Assembly (NCBI RefSeq): GCF_000315625.1
Contig: NW_005434590.1
Span: 184,018 to 248,017, forward strand
Origin: Guillardia theta CCMP2712
Taxonomy: Eukaryota > Protista > Cryptophyta
Length of the DNA: 64,000 bases
Direction: 5' to 3'
Shown here: one piece after another, positions 22,827 through 35,901 of the stretch
Position numbering within the stretch: position 1 is the first letter of the stretch
Layout of the letters: each line of letters starts with the position of its first letter
Position numbers and translations under genes: made by a program
The notes under the pieces: model-generated
Told to the model about the DNA's origin: nothing
The model's database searches: none
The model's input: the letters and a program-made list of their open reading frames with translations, nothing else

Positions 22827-24413
22827 GTCAGGAAGCCAACCAGTCAAGACCCAAGACAGGCAGGAGTCGGTCTTGCTGTGGCCTTTTCCCATGGAATCTA
22901 CGGGAGGCTTCTGATATTCAGCGTGAAGAAAGGTCTGGGGAATCAAAAGTCTTGCAATGTGATGACGAGTCAGTTTGCAGGTTCAGCAGCAGACAGATCT
23001 TGTGTTATGAAGGTAGTTACTCGATCATGAGAGAAGGAGTCTGAGTGACCTCGAATAGGTTGGAGATGAGATCTTGGCTATTGATGGCCGTCCAGTACAG
23101 GTTTGTCCACTTTGAACCGTTATTGCGCTTGTTGTTTTCCATCATCCATGCATTGCATGAAGATGGAACAAATGTACCGTCTGACTCGTTTGTAGCGTCT
23201 AGATTACAGGGAGATCGCAAACATGATCCTTGGAGTGGAAGGTTCCATTCTAAGGATCAATGTCGTTGATTCCATCCTCAAGATGGAAAGGTTGACAATT
23301 TTCTTCCTCCTCCCTCCTCCTTCTCCTCTATCCTCCTTATCCTTCCCTGCTCTCTCCCTCCTCCTCCCTCCTCCCTCCTCCTTCTCCTCTATCCTCCTTA
23401 TCCTTCCCTTCTCTCTCCCTCCTCCCTCCTCCCTCCTCCCTCCTCCCTCCTCCCTCCTCCCTCCTTCTTCTCCTCTAGCCAGAAATGTGATTTCCCTCTC
23501 TCCTTCCTCCTCCCTCCTCCCTCCTCCCTCCTCCCTCCTCCCTCCTCCTTCTCCTCTATCCTCCTTCGCCTTCCCTTCTCTCTCTCTCCTCCCTCCTTCC
23601 TCCTTCCTCCTCCCTCCTCCCTCCTCCCTTTTTCCTCCATACAGAACACAAACTTCGCATGCAACCAACCAATGTTTTCACAGAGAAATTGACCTCATCC
23701 GAGAGCCTCGTGGCGAGCAAGTTCTCTCTCCTCAACAGTTCAGCAGGATGAGGGAGCTCGTTGTTGACCAGCGGCAGGTTGTCAACCAGAGGCCTCAGGA
23801 GGGAGTCGTACAACAGTCAGCCCTGCAAGACGTCAGGACAAACCTGAAGCAGAATAATTTGCAACATGTCAAGGCAAGCTTGCCAGCTCCGAAAGAAAAT
23901 CTGCAGGCAGTGCAGGTGGCAAAAGCTGAGGGTGAGCAGGAGTTCATCTTTGCTGATTTTGACGCTGCGGTGAGTTGTTTCCCTGTTTCTTCCTCGTGAT
24001 ATCTTCTACATCCTGAACCATGTGCTTATTCTCGTCCTCGTCTTTCTCTCTCTCATCCTCGTCCTCCTCCTCCATCCTCAACTTTCTCCTTCCTTGCCTT
24101 CTCCCTCCTTTCCTTACAGACTTCCATGCTTGGATCAGCGTCACTGACGTTTCTCAAAGGTTCAAGACATCCTGAACGGGAGGTTTCAGCAAGCAAGGGA
24201 CAGGATCGCACAGCTGCAGAAGCAATCCAGCGCCCTTGGACTCTCCCAGTCGTCTATCGAGAAGCTTTCCTTCAGCGCAGCCATTCACAAGGCCATTCAA
24301 ATGGAGAAGATTTACTCCTTGCAGAGGTCCCCGAACCCTCCAAAACCCACTTCTGCAGTCTTGAAGCTCAAAAATGCGATCTTAGAAGAAGCGAATGATA
24401 GGGCGCAGAATCA

Positions 24414-24462
<49 letters not shown>

Positions 24463-27329
24463 AAGATCTTACAAGAGACTAGTTTCGATCACCGGAGCGT
24501 GGAACTTGAGACCCTTGCCCACCCTGCCCCGGGACCGGAGGCGGAGGACCTCGTCCAGAAAGTTGAGATGGCAGAGAAGGAAAGTCGAAGGTTGGAGATG
24601 GACTACCTCAACGCTGTAGAGGAGCTCACACTCGCAGAGAGAGCAATTCTGCAATCTCAGCAGGAGATTGAAAAGTTCCGATCGTCTCAGGTTGATGCGA
24701 ACGGGCAAGGCACGCAAGTCGTGGAGGAGGAAGCTCCTACAGCACTTGAAAATGTGCAGAACAATGCGGAGGAGCAGGAAGAGAATGTGGAGGAGCAGGA
24801 GAAGAATCAGGTGCAGCAGGAGCGAGTGGCGGAGGTTAAGGTGAGCGCGACCACGGTCAAGGATATCAGTGATGAAGGCGCGAGCATGGTGAAGGATTGG
24901 TGCAACACGATCTTCGACGAGCAGGAGAGGAGGATGAACGTGCAACTCAACATGGATCTAGAGCAGCAGGACAAGGAGGTCAAAACCCCCAGGCTGGCTC
25001 GGGTCGTAACTTCGTTCACCTCCTCCGGCCCCAACCAGATCAATCTCAACGTCGGCGATCTCGTTGAGCTGAACTTCTCGAACCATGCCTGGGCCGTCGG
25101 CCGTGTGGTCTCCTCCTCCTCCAACCCATCTGCCTCGAGCAGGTTTGGCTGGTTCCCGTCCCAGTGTCTTGAGAAGACCGAGGGAGGAGGAAGGAGAGGA
25201 GAGGAGAGGATGGGTCGTTCAGAGAGGGACTCAGTACTTGAAGCTCGATCTCCTCCTCATCGTGCTCACACAGACTTGGACTTCATAGCGCAGGAGGCTG
25301 ACACAGAAGCAGCAGAGCAGCGGCAAGTCCCCAGGAAGACGCCAGACGCGAGCACAGGGAAGCAGGAGCCCCTTTATGAGGCACCGCAAAGAGTCGAGGG
25401 AGGAGCAGGAGCAGGAGCAGGAGCAGGAGTGGAGGACCCCGAGGCAGGAGTGAAGGTGAGGCCTGTAGGGAAGAGGAAGACCTCTGCGACTCCAGCGGCG
25501 GAGCAGAATGTCTGGCTCAGTGCTGTTGACCTCGCCAAGTTTCAAGGGAAGACAGGAGGAACCCCATTGAAGCAGGTACCTCCTCCTCCTCCTTTCCTGT
25601 CCTCCTCCTCCTCCTCCTCCTCCTCCTCCTCCTCCTCCTTCTCCTCCTCCCTTCCCTCTCCTCCCTTCTTCCCTTTCCCATCTCTCCTCTCCTCTTGCTC
25701 CTGTTCCTCCTCCCTGGGCCTTTTCCTCCCTTTTCTCTCCTCCACTTTTACCTCCCCCTCCTTTGCTCTCCTCCCCCCAAAACCCTTCCCGTTTTCCTCT
25801 CCTTCCCATCTCTCCTCTCCTCTCACACTTCGTCAAGGACCTGGACAGCTCCGACGCCTCCTCCTCCGAATTCACGCAAGCGCAGTGGGCGCGTCAGCAG
25901 CTCCTTGCCAAGGCGCAGATGGAGCGGGAGAAGTACACAGCCTTCGATTCAGGAGCCGTCTCGAAGCAGGCGCAGTGGGCAAGGGAGCAGATTCTAACGC
26001 AGATGAAGGACGGGCAGGAGAAGGGAGCAGCAAAGAGCTCCTCTCCCCGTGCAGAGGACAGGCAAATGAAGTTCGATCCCTCCTCCGTCTCCCAACAGGC
26101 CAAGTGGGCGAAGGAGCAGCTGAACTTGCCTGAGTACAACGGGAAGTATGGGAAGGGCAGCAGGAAGGAGGGCGAGAACGGCAGCGTCGAGGTTCTGCCA
26201 TCCTCCTCGCAGCTTCCTTCTTCTCCAGGGGATGATGAGGACAGGGAGGAACGACGCCGTCGTGCAGGTCTGGCACGCAGTTTCCTCACAATCCATGATG
26301 TGTTGTTCGTAGCGATCAAGAGGGCGTTGTTCCTGCAGGGATCCAAGGAGGCGGAGCAAGGGGGCAGTGGAGGAGGAAGCAAGCAGGAGTCAAACGCAGC
26401 AGGCGATATGGGCAAGATTTCTCAATACGCTGTTGAGAAGGATGGGGAGCAGAAAGGACAAGCAGGCTCAGCAGATCTCCCAAACTATCTCATCCTCAAC
26501 AACTTCGAACCACATGTGATGTCACTTTGACGTCTCTCTGTATCAGCTCCGTTGCTCAACGTTCCTTGGCAGATGTCGCCTTCAGTCAACATCTACGCAC
26601 CTTACCTCATTGGACATCAGGCAAACTACTCTTACAACCAACAGCCCGTCCAACACCAACAGGTTCGACTCGTCTCTAACAGCAGTCCCAACCATCTCTA
26701 CAACTATGACTTCACTTACCTCTGTCTCCTCCATTTCATGGCTTCCCCTCATGACTTCTCCCCAGCTGCTCAGCCCTCGAGTGGTCGTCAGTCCTTCACA
26801 GCTCGCTCCCGGAGTCTTCCGAACTTCCTCCTCCTCCTCCCCTCGAATCTCCGGTATCGTACCCGGCCAAGAACAGCAGCAGCTGCCGCTGGCGTATCAT
26901 ACCTTCTCAGGCATCACACACACGTCTCAAGTAAGTCAGCTGTTGCGTCTGCTTCGTTGGAAAACATCAGTTTTCCTCCTTGGTTTCACCGCTGTCCCTT
27001 CCTCCCCCTCTCTCCTTCTCTCCTTCCATCTCTCGCCCTCTCTCGCCCTCTTCCTCCTCCTCCTCCTCGTCCTCCTCCCCCTCCCTTCCCCCCCCCCCCT
27101 CTCTCCTCTCCTTCCATCTCTCGCCCTCTCTCGCCCTCCTCCCTCCTCCTCCCTGCTCCTTGACTTCCTACTCTCCACTCCTTCTCCCTCTTCCTCTCTC
27201 TTCTCTGTTTTCTCCTCCTCCTATCGCTACTCTGCTCTGCTCTGCTCCTCTTTGACTTCCTGGCAGCTCAACACTTCTGAGCAAAGGAGCGCGGTACCGC
27301 AGATCCCTCCACAGTATCTGCGCTTCTGA
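22827..27329 (+). CDS. PDZ + coiled-coil + SH3 domain scaffold-like protein (multi-exon; further 5' exons likely back to ~22050)
   Basis: Spliced PDZ: AGVGLAVAFS...LLIFSVKK|GSAADRSCVMK|VGDEILAIDGRPVQ...IANMILGVEGSILRINV. Poly-Q and coiled coil follow, then an SH3 (ARVVTSFTSSGPNQINLNVGDLVEL...WAVGRV...FGWFPSQCLEK, ~24995-25175). Last exon ends QYLRF* at 27329. Confidence 0.7.
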
Positions 27330-27890
27330 ACGCTGGGACAGACAAAGTTTGTCTTGACAATATTGAGAATGAAATGGAACGCAACGAGATGAGGAGACAT
27401 GCGGGTCAAAGTGACTATCGTCTCTCCTGAGCTTTCTTACGTGCCGCGTTGTCCTTTCAGAATGTGCATGTCAGAGGCGGGGGGGAGGGGGCAGGAGGGA
27501 GACAAGTAGATTGAGAGGAGCAGGAGAAGAGCGATAGAGGAGCATTGAATTAGCTGTGTGGTTGGACGAAAGTTTGATCGATTCTGGGGGGCAGGGCAAG
27601 GTGAACGGAGGGAGCCGAGAGAAAGGAGGGAAGGAGGGAGGGAAGGAGGGAGGGAAGGATTGAGGGAGTCATGTTCATTTGCACAGTCTGAGCTCAATGT
27701 TTGTTGAAACCTTCTGTCTGCAGAATGACTTAAAGCATGGAAAGGAGAACGTTCAACAGGCTAGCGACTTGTACAACAAACCAACAAGCACTTTACACTT
27801 AGAATACTTTTCTGCGGAACATCTGTACAAAGAAAATTGTAATCATCTAACTCGCAAGTCCATCATCGCGATGATTTTCATCCAACGCAA

Positions 27891-28178
27891 TCATCTCCTG
27901 ATGAACACAACATCGGCTTCTTCGTCTTCAGCGCTGATTTCTTCTAACGGGAACGAGAGGTACCAGGCAAGCCACTCAGAATCAAATTTTGCTGCAGTCT
28001 CGTCGCCCTGCTCTATCAACACTCTACTAAGAGCCTGAAGGGTCAGTGGTGACTCCTACACCCCAGTCAGCTCTTTGTCGACATCAGCAAGAGAACATCT
28101 CACCACAGATTTCATAGCCTCTTGATGCTTCAGGAGCAAGCTTGCTGAGAGAGCCATAGCTTGTCTTGACATGGCCAT
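27891..28178 (-). CDS. Hypothetical protein, two exons (possibly the 3' end of a gene broken by the adjacent gap)
   Basis: MAMSRQAMALSASLLLKHQEAMKSV|gtgag...ttcag|ALSRVLIEQGDETAAKFDSEWLAWYLSFPLEEISAEDEEADVVFIRR* splices in frame. No recognised domain. Confidence 0.35.
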
Positions 28179-28320
28179 AGCGTTCTTGAGTGAGGCAAGG
28201 GCCAAATATCACAAGAAATGGAGGAAACAGGGATGGGTTTGACGGGACGGAAAGAGGAAACGGAGCTTACGGAAGGGGCAACGGCGAGCGCAAGGAAGGA
28301 AGGCGGGGCGGGGGGGGGGG

Positions 28321-28875
28321 NNNNNNNNNNNNNNNNNNNNNNNNNNNNNNNNNNNNNNNNNNNNNNNNNNNNNNNNNNNNNNNNNNNNNNNNNNNNNNNN
28401 NNNNNNNNNNNNNNNNNNNNNNNNNNNNNNNNNNNNNNNNNNNNNNNNNNNNNNNNNNNNNNNNNNNNNNNNNNNNNNNNNNNNNNNNNNNNNNNNNNNN
28501 NNNNNNNNNNNNNNNNNNNNNNNNNNNNNNNNNNNNNNNNNNNNNNNNNNNNNNNNNNNNNNNNNNNNNNNNNNNNNNNNNNNNNNNNNNNNNNNNNNNN
28601 NNNNNNNNNNNNNNNNNNNNNNNNNNNNNNNNNNNNNNNNNNNNNNNNNNNNNNNNNNNNNNNNNNNNNNNNNNNNNNNNNNNNNNNNNNNNNNNNNNNN
28701 NNNNNNNNNNNNNNNNNNNNNNNNNNNNNNNNNNNNNNNNNNNNNNNNNNNNNNNNNNNNNNNNNNNNNNNNNNNNNNNNNNNNNNNNNNNNNNNNNNNN
28801 NNNNNNNNNNNNNNNNNNNNNNNNNNNNNNNNNNNNNNNNNNNNNNNNNNNNNNNNNNNNNNNNNNNNNNNNNNN
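28321..28875. other. Assembly gap (others at 35189-35288, 41329-41428, 62029-62221)
   Basis: N runs. Confidence 1.
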
Positions 28876-29047
28876 GAGGAGAGGAGGCCCTGAGGGGGAA
28901 TGTGACTGATGGTCCTCCAAGACGTGCATGTTCGGAATGAGCTGACCTTGAGACTCCGTGCTACCCCACCCCCTCTCTAAACTGTAAAACTACCCACCCT
29001 TTCCCTGAGACATAGCGAGTCGGGTCGGAGGGGGTGGATGCGAGGTC

Positions 29048-29119
29048 CACGTGACCAGAGAGTAACTGTCACGTGATATCATGTGACAGTGGAAGGACAC
29101 ACCACGTGGGTATCACGTG
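29048..29119. promoter_or_regulatory. Cluster of four CACGTG (E-box/G-box) motifs including a 26-bp near-perfect palindrome
   Basis: CACGTG at 29048, 29070, 29103 and 29114; ACTGTCACGTGATATCATGTGACAGT at 29065-29090. Confidence 0.5.
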
Positions 29120-30185
29120 CCAGTATCTGTTGGGCGAGCCTCGGAGGAGCAAAGGTGGGTGAGGCGGACTCGCAAGATCCGTCTGGTCAATCGGGCTCAC
29201 CTCAGAGTCGAGGGTCTCGCGGTGCCGTGACAGCCGACTTCGGATGACTAAATTCCAACGAGCCCGCCTCCGGCCATCTCGAGGTGGTCCTAGGATGGTC
29301 CTATCTCCATAGATAGCCAGAGTTGGTAGGGGGCACTATGCCATCTACCCTACCCCACCTCACAGTCCTCCAAACATCATCGGTGGAATATGGATTTGAC
29401 CCGTAGTCTGATGAACTCAGAGTCACACCCCTATCTGGAGCCTTCGAAGGACCCGTGGTCGTGAAGGAACCACAAAGACACGGTACCCTGACACTCCCCT
29501 GAGGAAGCAACTCCCCCACCCTATTCACCCACACAAAGTGATCCCACACCTCTCTTAGAAATACCCCTACCCCTACAACACCACTCCATTCATATGAACA
29601 AGTACCCCTTGTCGATAGTTATGGGAGTACCCCTACCTACATTTTTAGACCCCCACCCTGTTTGTCGTGTAACAATCTATGCCCTCGTTCCACCCCGACA
29701 GCATTATTAAATAATGCTGCACACGTGGGGTCAGCAGAAGGCGGGAGGCGGGAGAGCAGGACAAGCTCGAGGGGAGCTCGGACTAGTCGAGCCTCGCTAT
29801 GCAGCAGCAGAGTGGTAGCGTGTCAATGCCGTTCCAACAGATCCTGTGCGACTATCTTGAGAACTACAACATCAGCAAGGAGAAAGGAGGCTGAGTTAGG
29901 GGGGTCGGTACGAGAGTAGATCGATAGAGGCCTATCATGCCAAGCCAAGCCTCGTGTCACTCCATCGGCAGAGTGAGGACGAGGAATCAAAGTGGACTCT
30001 AAAGTCCGCGAGAGTAGAGAGGAGAAAACACATCACAAGAGTCGAGAGAGTGAAGAATGACAACAATGCTTTCTTGTTGTTTGTCTCACAAGCTGATTGC
30101 ATCTTTTTGGTTGTATCTACAGGTCTTGGTTATCCGTTTAAGTCCAAGTCCGCGTGGTGAGCACCACAACAGCACACTCTCAAGC

Positions 30186-32632
30186 ATGAAAGACTCAAGT
30201 TGGCAGCCATGGTTTGTGCTGGCAGTCTTGGTCGTGATGTTCTTCTTTCTTGTAAAAGGCGCCAAGACACCAGAGACGATCGCCTTCATCGCCATGTGTG
30301 TGGTGTGGAATGCAGGAGTCATCACGACCAAGGAGGCCTTGTCTGGCTTCTCTAACTCAGGCATGCTTGCCGTCGGCGTCCTGTTCGTGGTCGTCCAGGC
30401 CATCGAGCGTTCGCAGCTTGCGCCATGGGCAGCGAAGCATGTGTTTGGAATGAGAACAGGTGAGCTGCTCGGTCCTTGCCTATCACTGCTGAGATCAGCC
30501 CTGTGTATCCCTCGCTTCTTCTTCTGCCCTCCTGCTTGCTCTCTGCCTCTCTTCTTTTCTGCTTTCCTCCTACTCGGCCTCCGTCCTCCTTTTGGATCCC
30601 TCTTGTGTTTTCCCATCGCCCCTCACCCACTCAACGATGCTCATGCTGGCCACCGTCCCATCCGCTGGCTCGCCTGCCGCCTCCACTGGGCAAGGGCTCC
30701 CTCCTTACTCTACCTTGCAGGCATTCGGTCTGGCTTGTTCAGACTCTGCACGATGTGCTTCTTTCTATCTGCCTTCCTCAACAACACCCCAGTCGTTGCC
30801 CTGCTCACTCCCATCACGAGAGACTGGGCCCGCACCCGCGGCTTCCCTCCTTCCCTCTTCCTCATCCCCTTGAGCTTCAGCACCATCCTCGGAGGCCTCC
30901 TCACCATCATAGGGACTTCGACGAACCTGGTGGTCGCAGCCCTGGCAGAGAACTTCGGGCTGGAGAAACCTGGCTTCTTCGAGATCGGATACATCGGGCT
31001 GCCGACGGGCATCCTGGGGGTGATTTATCTGGTGCTGTTCGGGCCGTTGCTGCTGCCAAGAGCTGGAGGAATGTTCAGGTACATGCAGGACAAGAACAAA
31101 GAGCTTATCACTGAGGTGACGCTGACTGGGGAGTTTCCCTTCGTCGGGCAGCCAGTCGACAAGGCGCTTGCCAACCTCTCCATCCATCGAGACGCTCTGA
31201 TCAAGATCAGGAGGGGCATCATGGGGCAGTTTGCGTCCTTGGGCGCGGAGCCCCATCCTCCAAGCGAGGGTCCAGCAGCACCGGAGGAGGGAGGAGGGGA
31301 GGAGGGAGGGAGCCGAGCCGTGCCCCGCCGCTCCAACTGGATCGACATCTACCCTGTGCCGCAGAACGAGCTCCTGCAGGCGGGAGACACGCTGTTCTTC
31401 AGCGGGGGGAGGACAACGATGATGAAGCTGCATGCGGAGGCCTACCGCGGGCTGGTCATCCTCAAGGGAGACGTTCCTGACCTGGCGCAGGATGGGATGA
31501 AATTCTTCGAGGTTGTGCTGAGCAACAGGAACGCCTTTGTGGGAGATGTCGTAGCGCACTCGAGCTTCAGTCAGTTCTACGGCTGCAGCATCCTGGCGCT
31601 CAGGAGGAAAGGTCGGTCATCCCAGCCCATCTCCACCTTAGAGAGCAGGCCCCAGGACGAGAACGCCAGCAGGACCAGCCTCAGCAACCGCAGGAGGATC
31701 TACGGGGAGCTCGAGCACGAGAGGGAAGCGAGCTTGCCTCTCGACGACATCACTGTAGAGCATGCTGACGCCAGCATGGGCGACGACGAGGACGCAGAGG
31801 TTCACTGCCGCGAGCCCCCGCTGGAGGTGTCGGAGAGTCACCTCAACGCCGGAGACGTCATCCTCGCCTTGGCTCCAGCAGAGTTCGCGGAGAAATGGAC
31901 TGACTCCGACGACTTCCTCATGATCACCGAGCTAGGAGCCGTTGCTGCTCCTCCTACTCCCTTCGACTACTTCCCGCTCCTCGTCTTCATCGGCATGGTC
32001 GTCTGGGTAGTCGCCGCCAGCCCCAACGTCGACATGGTCCAGTCGGCCATGACGGCGGCGGCGCTGCTGGTAGCGGGAGGATGGATCGACGCCAAGAAGG
32101 CGGCCGGGTACGTGGCATGGGAACTGATGCTCCTGATCGGGTCCATGCTGGGAATGAGCACGGCGATCACCAGCTCGGGTCTAGCTGACATAGTGGGGAC
32201 GGCGATGAAGAACGCGGGGATGAGTCCCTTGGGGAGTCTGTTCCTGGTGTATGGGATCACCACAGTCATGACGGAGATTACCACTAACAACGCTGCCGCC
32301 GGGCTGATCTTTCCTCTTGCCATCGACGTGGCTTACAAGCTCGGCATCTCGTACAAGCCCTTCATGTTCACAGTGATGTCGGCAGCGTCGGCGAGCTTCA
32401 TCACGCCCATCGGATATCAGACCAATGTGAGCTCGACTCGTCTGACCTTGTTGCTTGTCTTGTCTTGGTTGCTGTGGACGATGCGAGTTGATGGGTTTGC
32501 AAGTGCTTGCACGTGTTGCTTGGATTGCTCTGACCCTGGTCTCACTCTGTCTGTGTGCTCTTGCTTTCGATATAATGCTCCTTGGCTTCAGCTCCCTGCT
32601 TTCTTCCTCCTCCTCCTCCTCCTCCTCATCTC

Positions 32633-32689
<57 letters not shown>

Positions 32690-32946
32690 TGCTCCTGCTC
32701 CTGCTCCTGCTCCTCCTCTGAGACCTTGTGCTTCCCTCAATGCTGTCTGCTGTCTGTACCTCCTCAATCTCTGTCTGACGACGAGTTCAGATGATGGTCT
32801 GGGGTCCTGGCGGCTACACTTACTTCGACTTCATGAAGATCGGAATCCCTCTCAATATCCTTCACATGATAACCACTTGCCTGCTGGTCAATCAGTTCTG
32901 GAAGTTCGACGAGGCTATTCAGTGGCCTGCCAGCATTCACAAGTGA
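30186..32946 (+). CDS. SLC13/SLT-type sodium/sulfate (anion) cotransporter with TrkA-C-like central domains
   Basis: Motifs EALSGFSNSGMLAVGVLFVV, SAFLNNTPVVA, LIPLSFSTILGGLLTIIGTSTNLVV, TEITTNNAAA, SAASASFITPIGYQTN|MMVWGPGGYTYFDFMKIGIPL. Introns at 30460-30720 and 32427-32790; the 992-aa track ORF reads through them. Confidence 0.9.
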
Positions 32947-33327
32947 GAGCAGGAGGAGGAGAGAAGAAACGGGTTGCTACGATGTGTTGTGACTGCAGTG
33001 GGAACATCTCGACAGAGTCCTTGTCAAGCACATAACAAGCTTACAAGACGAGATCTCTTGCGAGACGCGTCATCAAGATCTGACGATGTGAACGATTCCC
33101 TTGCACTTTTGGGTTCAAAGGGGAGCTGTATAACGCGAAGCACTTTGCATTAAAGTCTATTATCGTGTCGATCATGTATTCCATCAAAGAAACGTCAGCA
33201 AAGATGCCGTGTGAAGGACAACTTCCAATCTCAATCAACACGCAGAACCGACTCATGTTTTCTCAGGAGTTTTACGCAAGATCGGAAAATTATCTAACAG
33301 AACAGATGAGAGATCGTGATAAAATCT

Positions 33328-34711
33328 CTAATACTGCTGGTTGCTGCGGCGCATCAAACTGCGGGTGCGTCTCGACTCCTTGTCCTTGCCTGCAACCGAG
33401 TTTCTCAACGGCTAGTCAAACTCTGAGTTGTCAAGACTTACGGATCTTCTTCTCATTGTTGGTCTCGAAGGTGCGACGGCGCTTGAGCTCAACGAGATGT
33501 CCAGACTTTGCGACAGCGATCTGAGAACAAAACGTCAGTGACGACAAACACACGACGACGACGGAGGATCGAGTTGCAGGTGGTGTGGGTTGTGGAATAA
33601 ACACAAAGAGATGGTGATGAAGAAAACAGAGAACACAAGGATCGATCTGCAAAGGATCTACAGTCGGCGAGCCACATACATCAGGCCACATGGAATGGAG
33701 GGCAACAAGACCAGATGATTACAACACATCAACTGTGGAAAGAAATGTACAGAACAACTCAAACTTCTCCAACAGAACACAACAATTCAAACTACTCGAT
33801 TGCATCTATTCTGTCGTTCTTCACGCTCATGACAGGGAAGCACAGAGAAGAGACATCGGCAAAACTCTCACCTTGAATCGCCTCATGGCAGACTCGATCG
33901 GCTCTCCCTCGTTGACCGCAACCTTGATGTCAACCATCGTTGGCGCCACGGTGACCTTCAAAACGGCATCGTCACGTTATCAAGTCAGGTGATGTGGAAG
34001 TTGTGCGAGGTACAAAACATACAGATCAGTCACAATGCACGATGAGCTTGTGATAGTCACTCGGATACAAGATCAGCATGAAAGGAAACACCATAAAGAC
34101 AACAAACACAATCAACTTGGTGGAAAAGAAGTTGTTACAACAACACCTTCCCGGATAGCAAGAATAAAAGACATACGGACAGACACTCAAAGACGGACAG
34201 GGGCAACACAACATCAGGCCACGGATAGCGATGGCTGCGAACTTACAGGACGGCGGGTAGACAGCGCAGGAGCAGAGAAGCGGGCAGCTGGGGTGACCAA
34301 CGAGGAGGAGGCAGGGGTGAAAAAGCCATCAACTCCGGTCATGAGGGCCTGTCATTTTGCGTTACCTCCTTGCAAGAGTTTCATGGCAGCATTTGAAGAA
34401 GCCAACGAGATAGAGACAGGAAAGCGCGGCGAAACTTGAGATGAAGATGAGAAGGACAGGATGGAGAGAAGAAGAATAGGAAGTATGGGTTGTCAAATCG
34501 AGAATTCTCATGCTTTGGTGACGGACAAATGCGCGGCCCCTCTTTTTGAGACATGTGAAGAAAACAGAGTGAAAGAAGCGCTTCGTCATGGTTGACTTCC
34601 TCCTCTTGTTTCTCTCATCATGTTGAGTGGAGATTATCGTCTTCGTCCTCCATTATCCCCTCTCCTCACCATGGAAGCGGCGGCCGCGATCGTAAGAGCG
34701 CGAGTGAGCAT
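33328..34711 (-). CDS. rps21: Plastid-targeted bacterial-type ribosomal protein bS21 with bipartite leader
   Basis: Five exons: MLTRALTIAAAASM|ALMTGVDG-FFTPASSSLVTPAARFSAPALSTRRP|VTVAPTMVDIKVAVNEGEPIESAMRRFK|IAVAKSGHLVELKRRRTFETNNEKKIR|KDKESRRTRSLMRRSNQQY*. Contains the S21 signature E.IESA.RRFK...SG...ELKRR..FE. Confidence 0.88.
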
Positions 34712-35380
34712 GGCCTTGGATGGTACAGGTGCGACAGGAAGCGAAAGAAAGGGGGTGGGGGTACTGGGGTGGTATGGGAATGATGGGGTACAATGAACGG
34801 GTGGTGAATGGGATTTGGAGGGTAGGGTAAAGGGAAGGTCAGTCCATAGGTAGGGGTGGTTGGAAGATGGGGGGGTAGTGGGGAGAAATGAAGTTGAGAT
34901 GTGAGCCAGAAGACCGGGGGCCATGCTCGACGCATCTAGAACTAGGGAATGAGGGGGTGGGGGTGGGAGAAATGGTTGACAGGGGTGGGGGTAGAATTAA
35001 GTAGGAGGGGTGGGCTATGGAGGGTTTCCAAGGGGGTAGTTGAAAAGGAGGTGGTGGTACTTGGGGTACATGATCCGTTGAAAGGGGGGTGGGTAGTGCG
35101 GCCTCAGCATGCGTGACCAACTATTACTCAATATTTCTTTTTCGGAAGTTGAAAATACCTTGTACATTTTGAAATTTCAATGTCAATTNNNNNNNNNNNN
35201 NNNNNNNNNNNNNNNNNNNNNNNNNNNNNNNNNNNNNNNNNNNNNNNNNNNNNNNNNNNNNNNNNNNNNNNNNNNNNNNNNNNNNNNNTGCATTTTGATA
35301 ACTATTTGTACGAGAGAAATTGATACCATACTTCAATACATCTTAATAGTGTTTTTCTTTTAAAGTTGTACCAGTTTTTA

Positions 35381-35647
<267 letters not shown>

Positions 35648-35901
35648 CTATAAGAAACACACACACAGAGGGTGTGGAAGAAGAAGCGTGAAACTCGATA
35701 CTGAATGCTTGTTGCTATCAATTTGATGACAACCCTCATACAACAATCCAAGTAAAATAAGGTTTGTGTGAAGCGGATGTCATAAATTCTTACGATTGGG
35801 AGAGTAGAAGATGAATGATATGTGGCTGCATGTTGGTGCGACAATACAAACAACGAGAAGGAAGAAGCAGAGGCAGATCAAAGAAAAAGATTCATTTCTG
35901 A

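Noticed and set aside
28190-28940. ORFs spanning N runs (also near 35.2, 41.4 and 62.1 kb)
   Set aside because: Artefacts of assembly gaps.
30057-33035. 992-aa single-exon transporter with a poly-Leu tail
   Set aside because: The ORF reads through two introns. The conserved C-terminus (MVWGPGGY) is in another frame after 32790, and the poly-Leu comes from an intronic (CTCCTG)n repeat.
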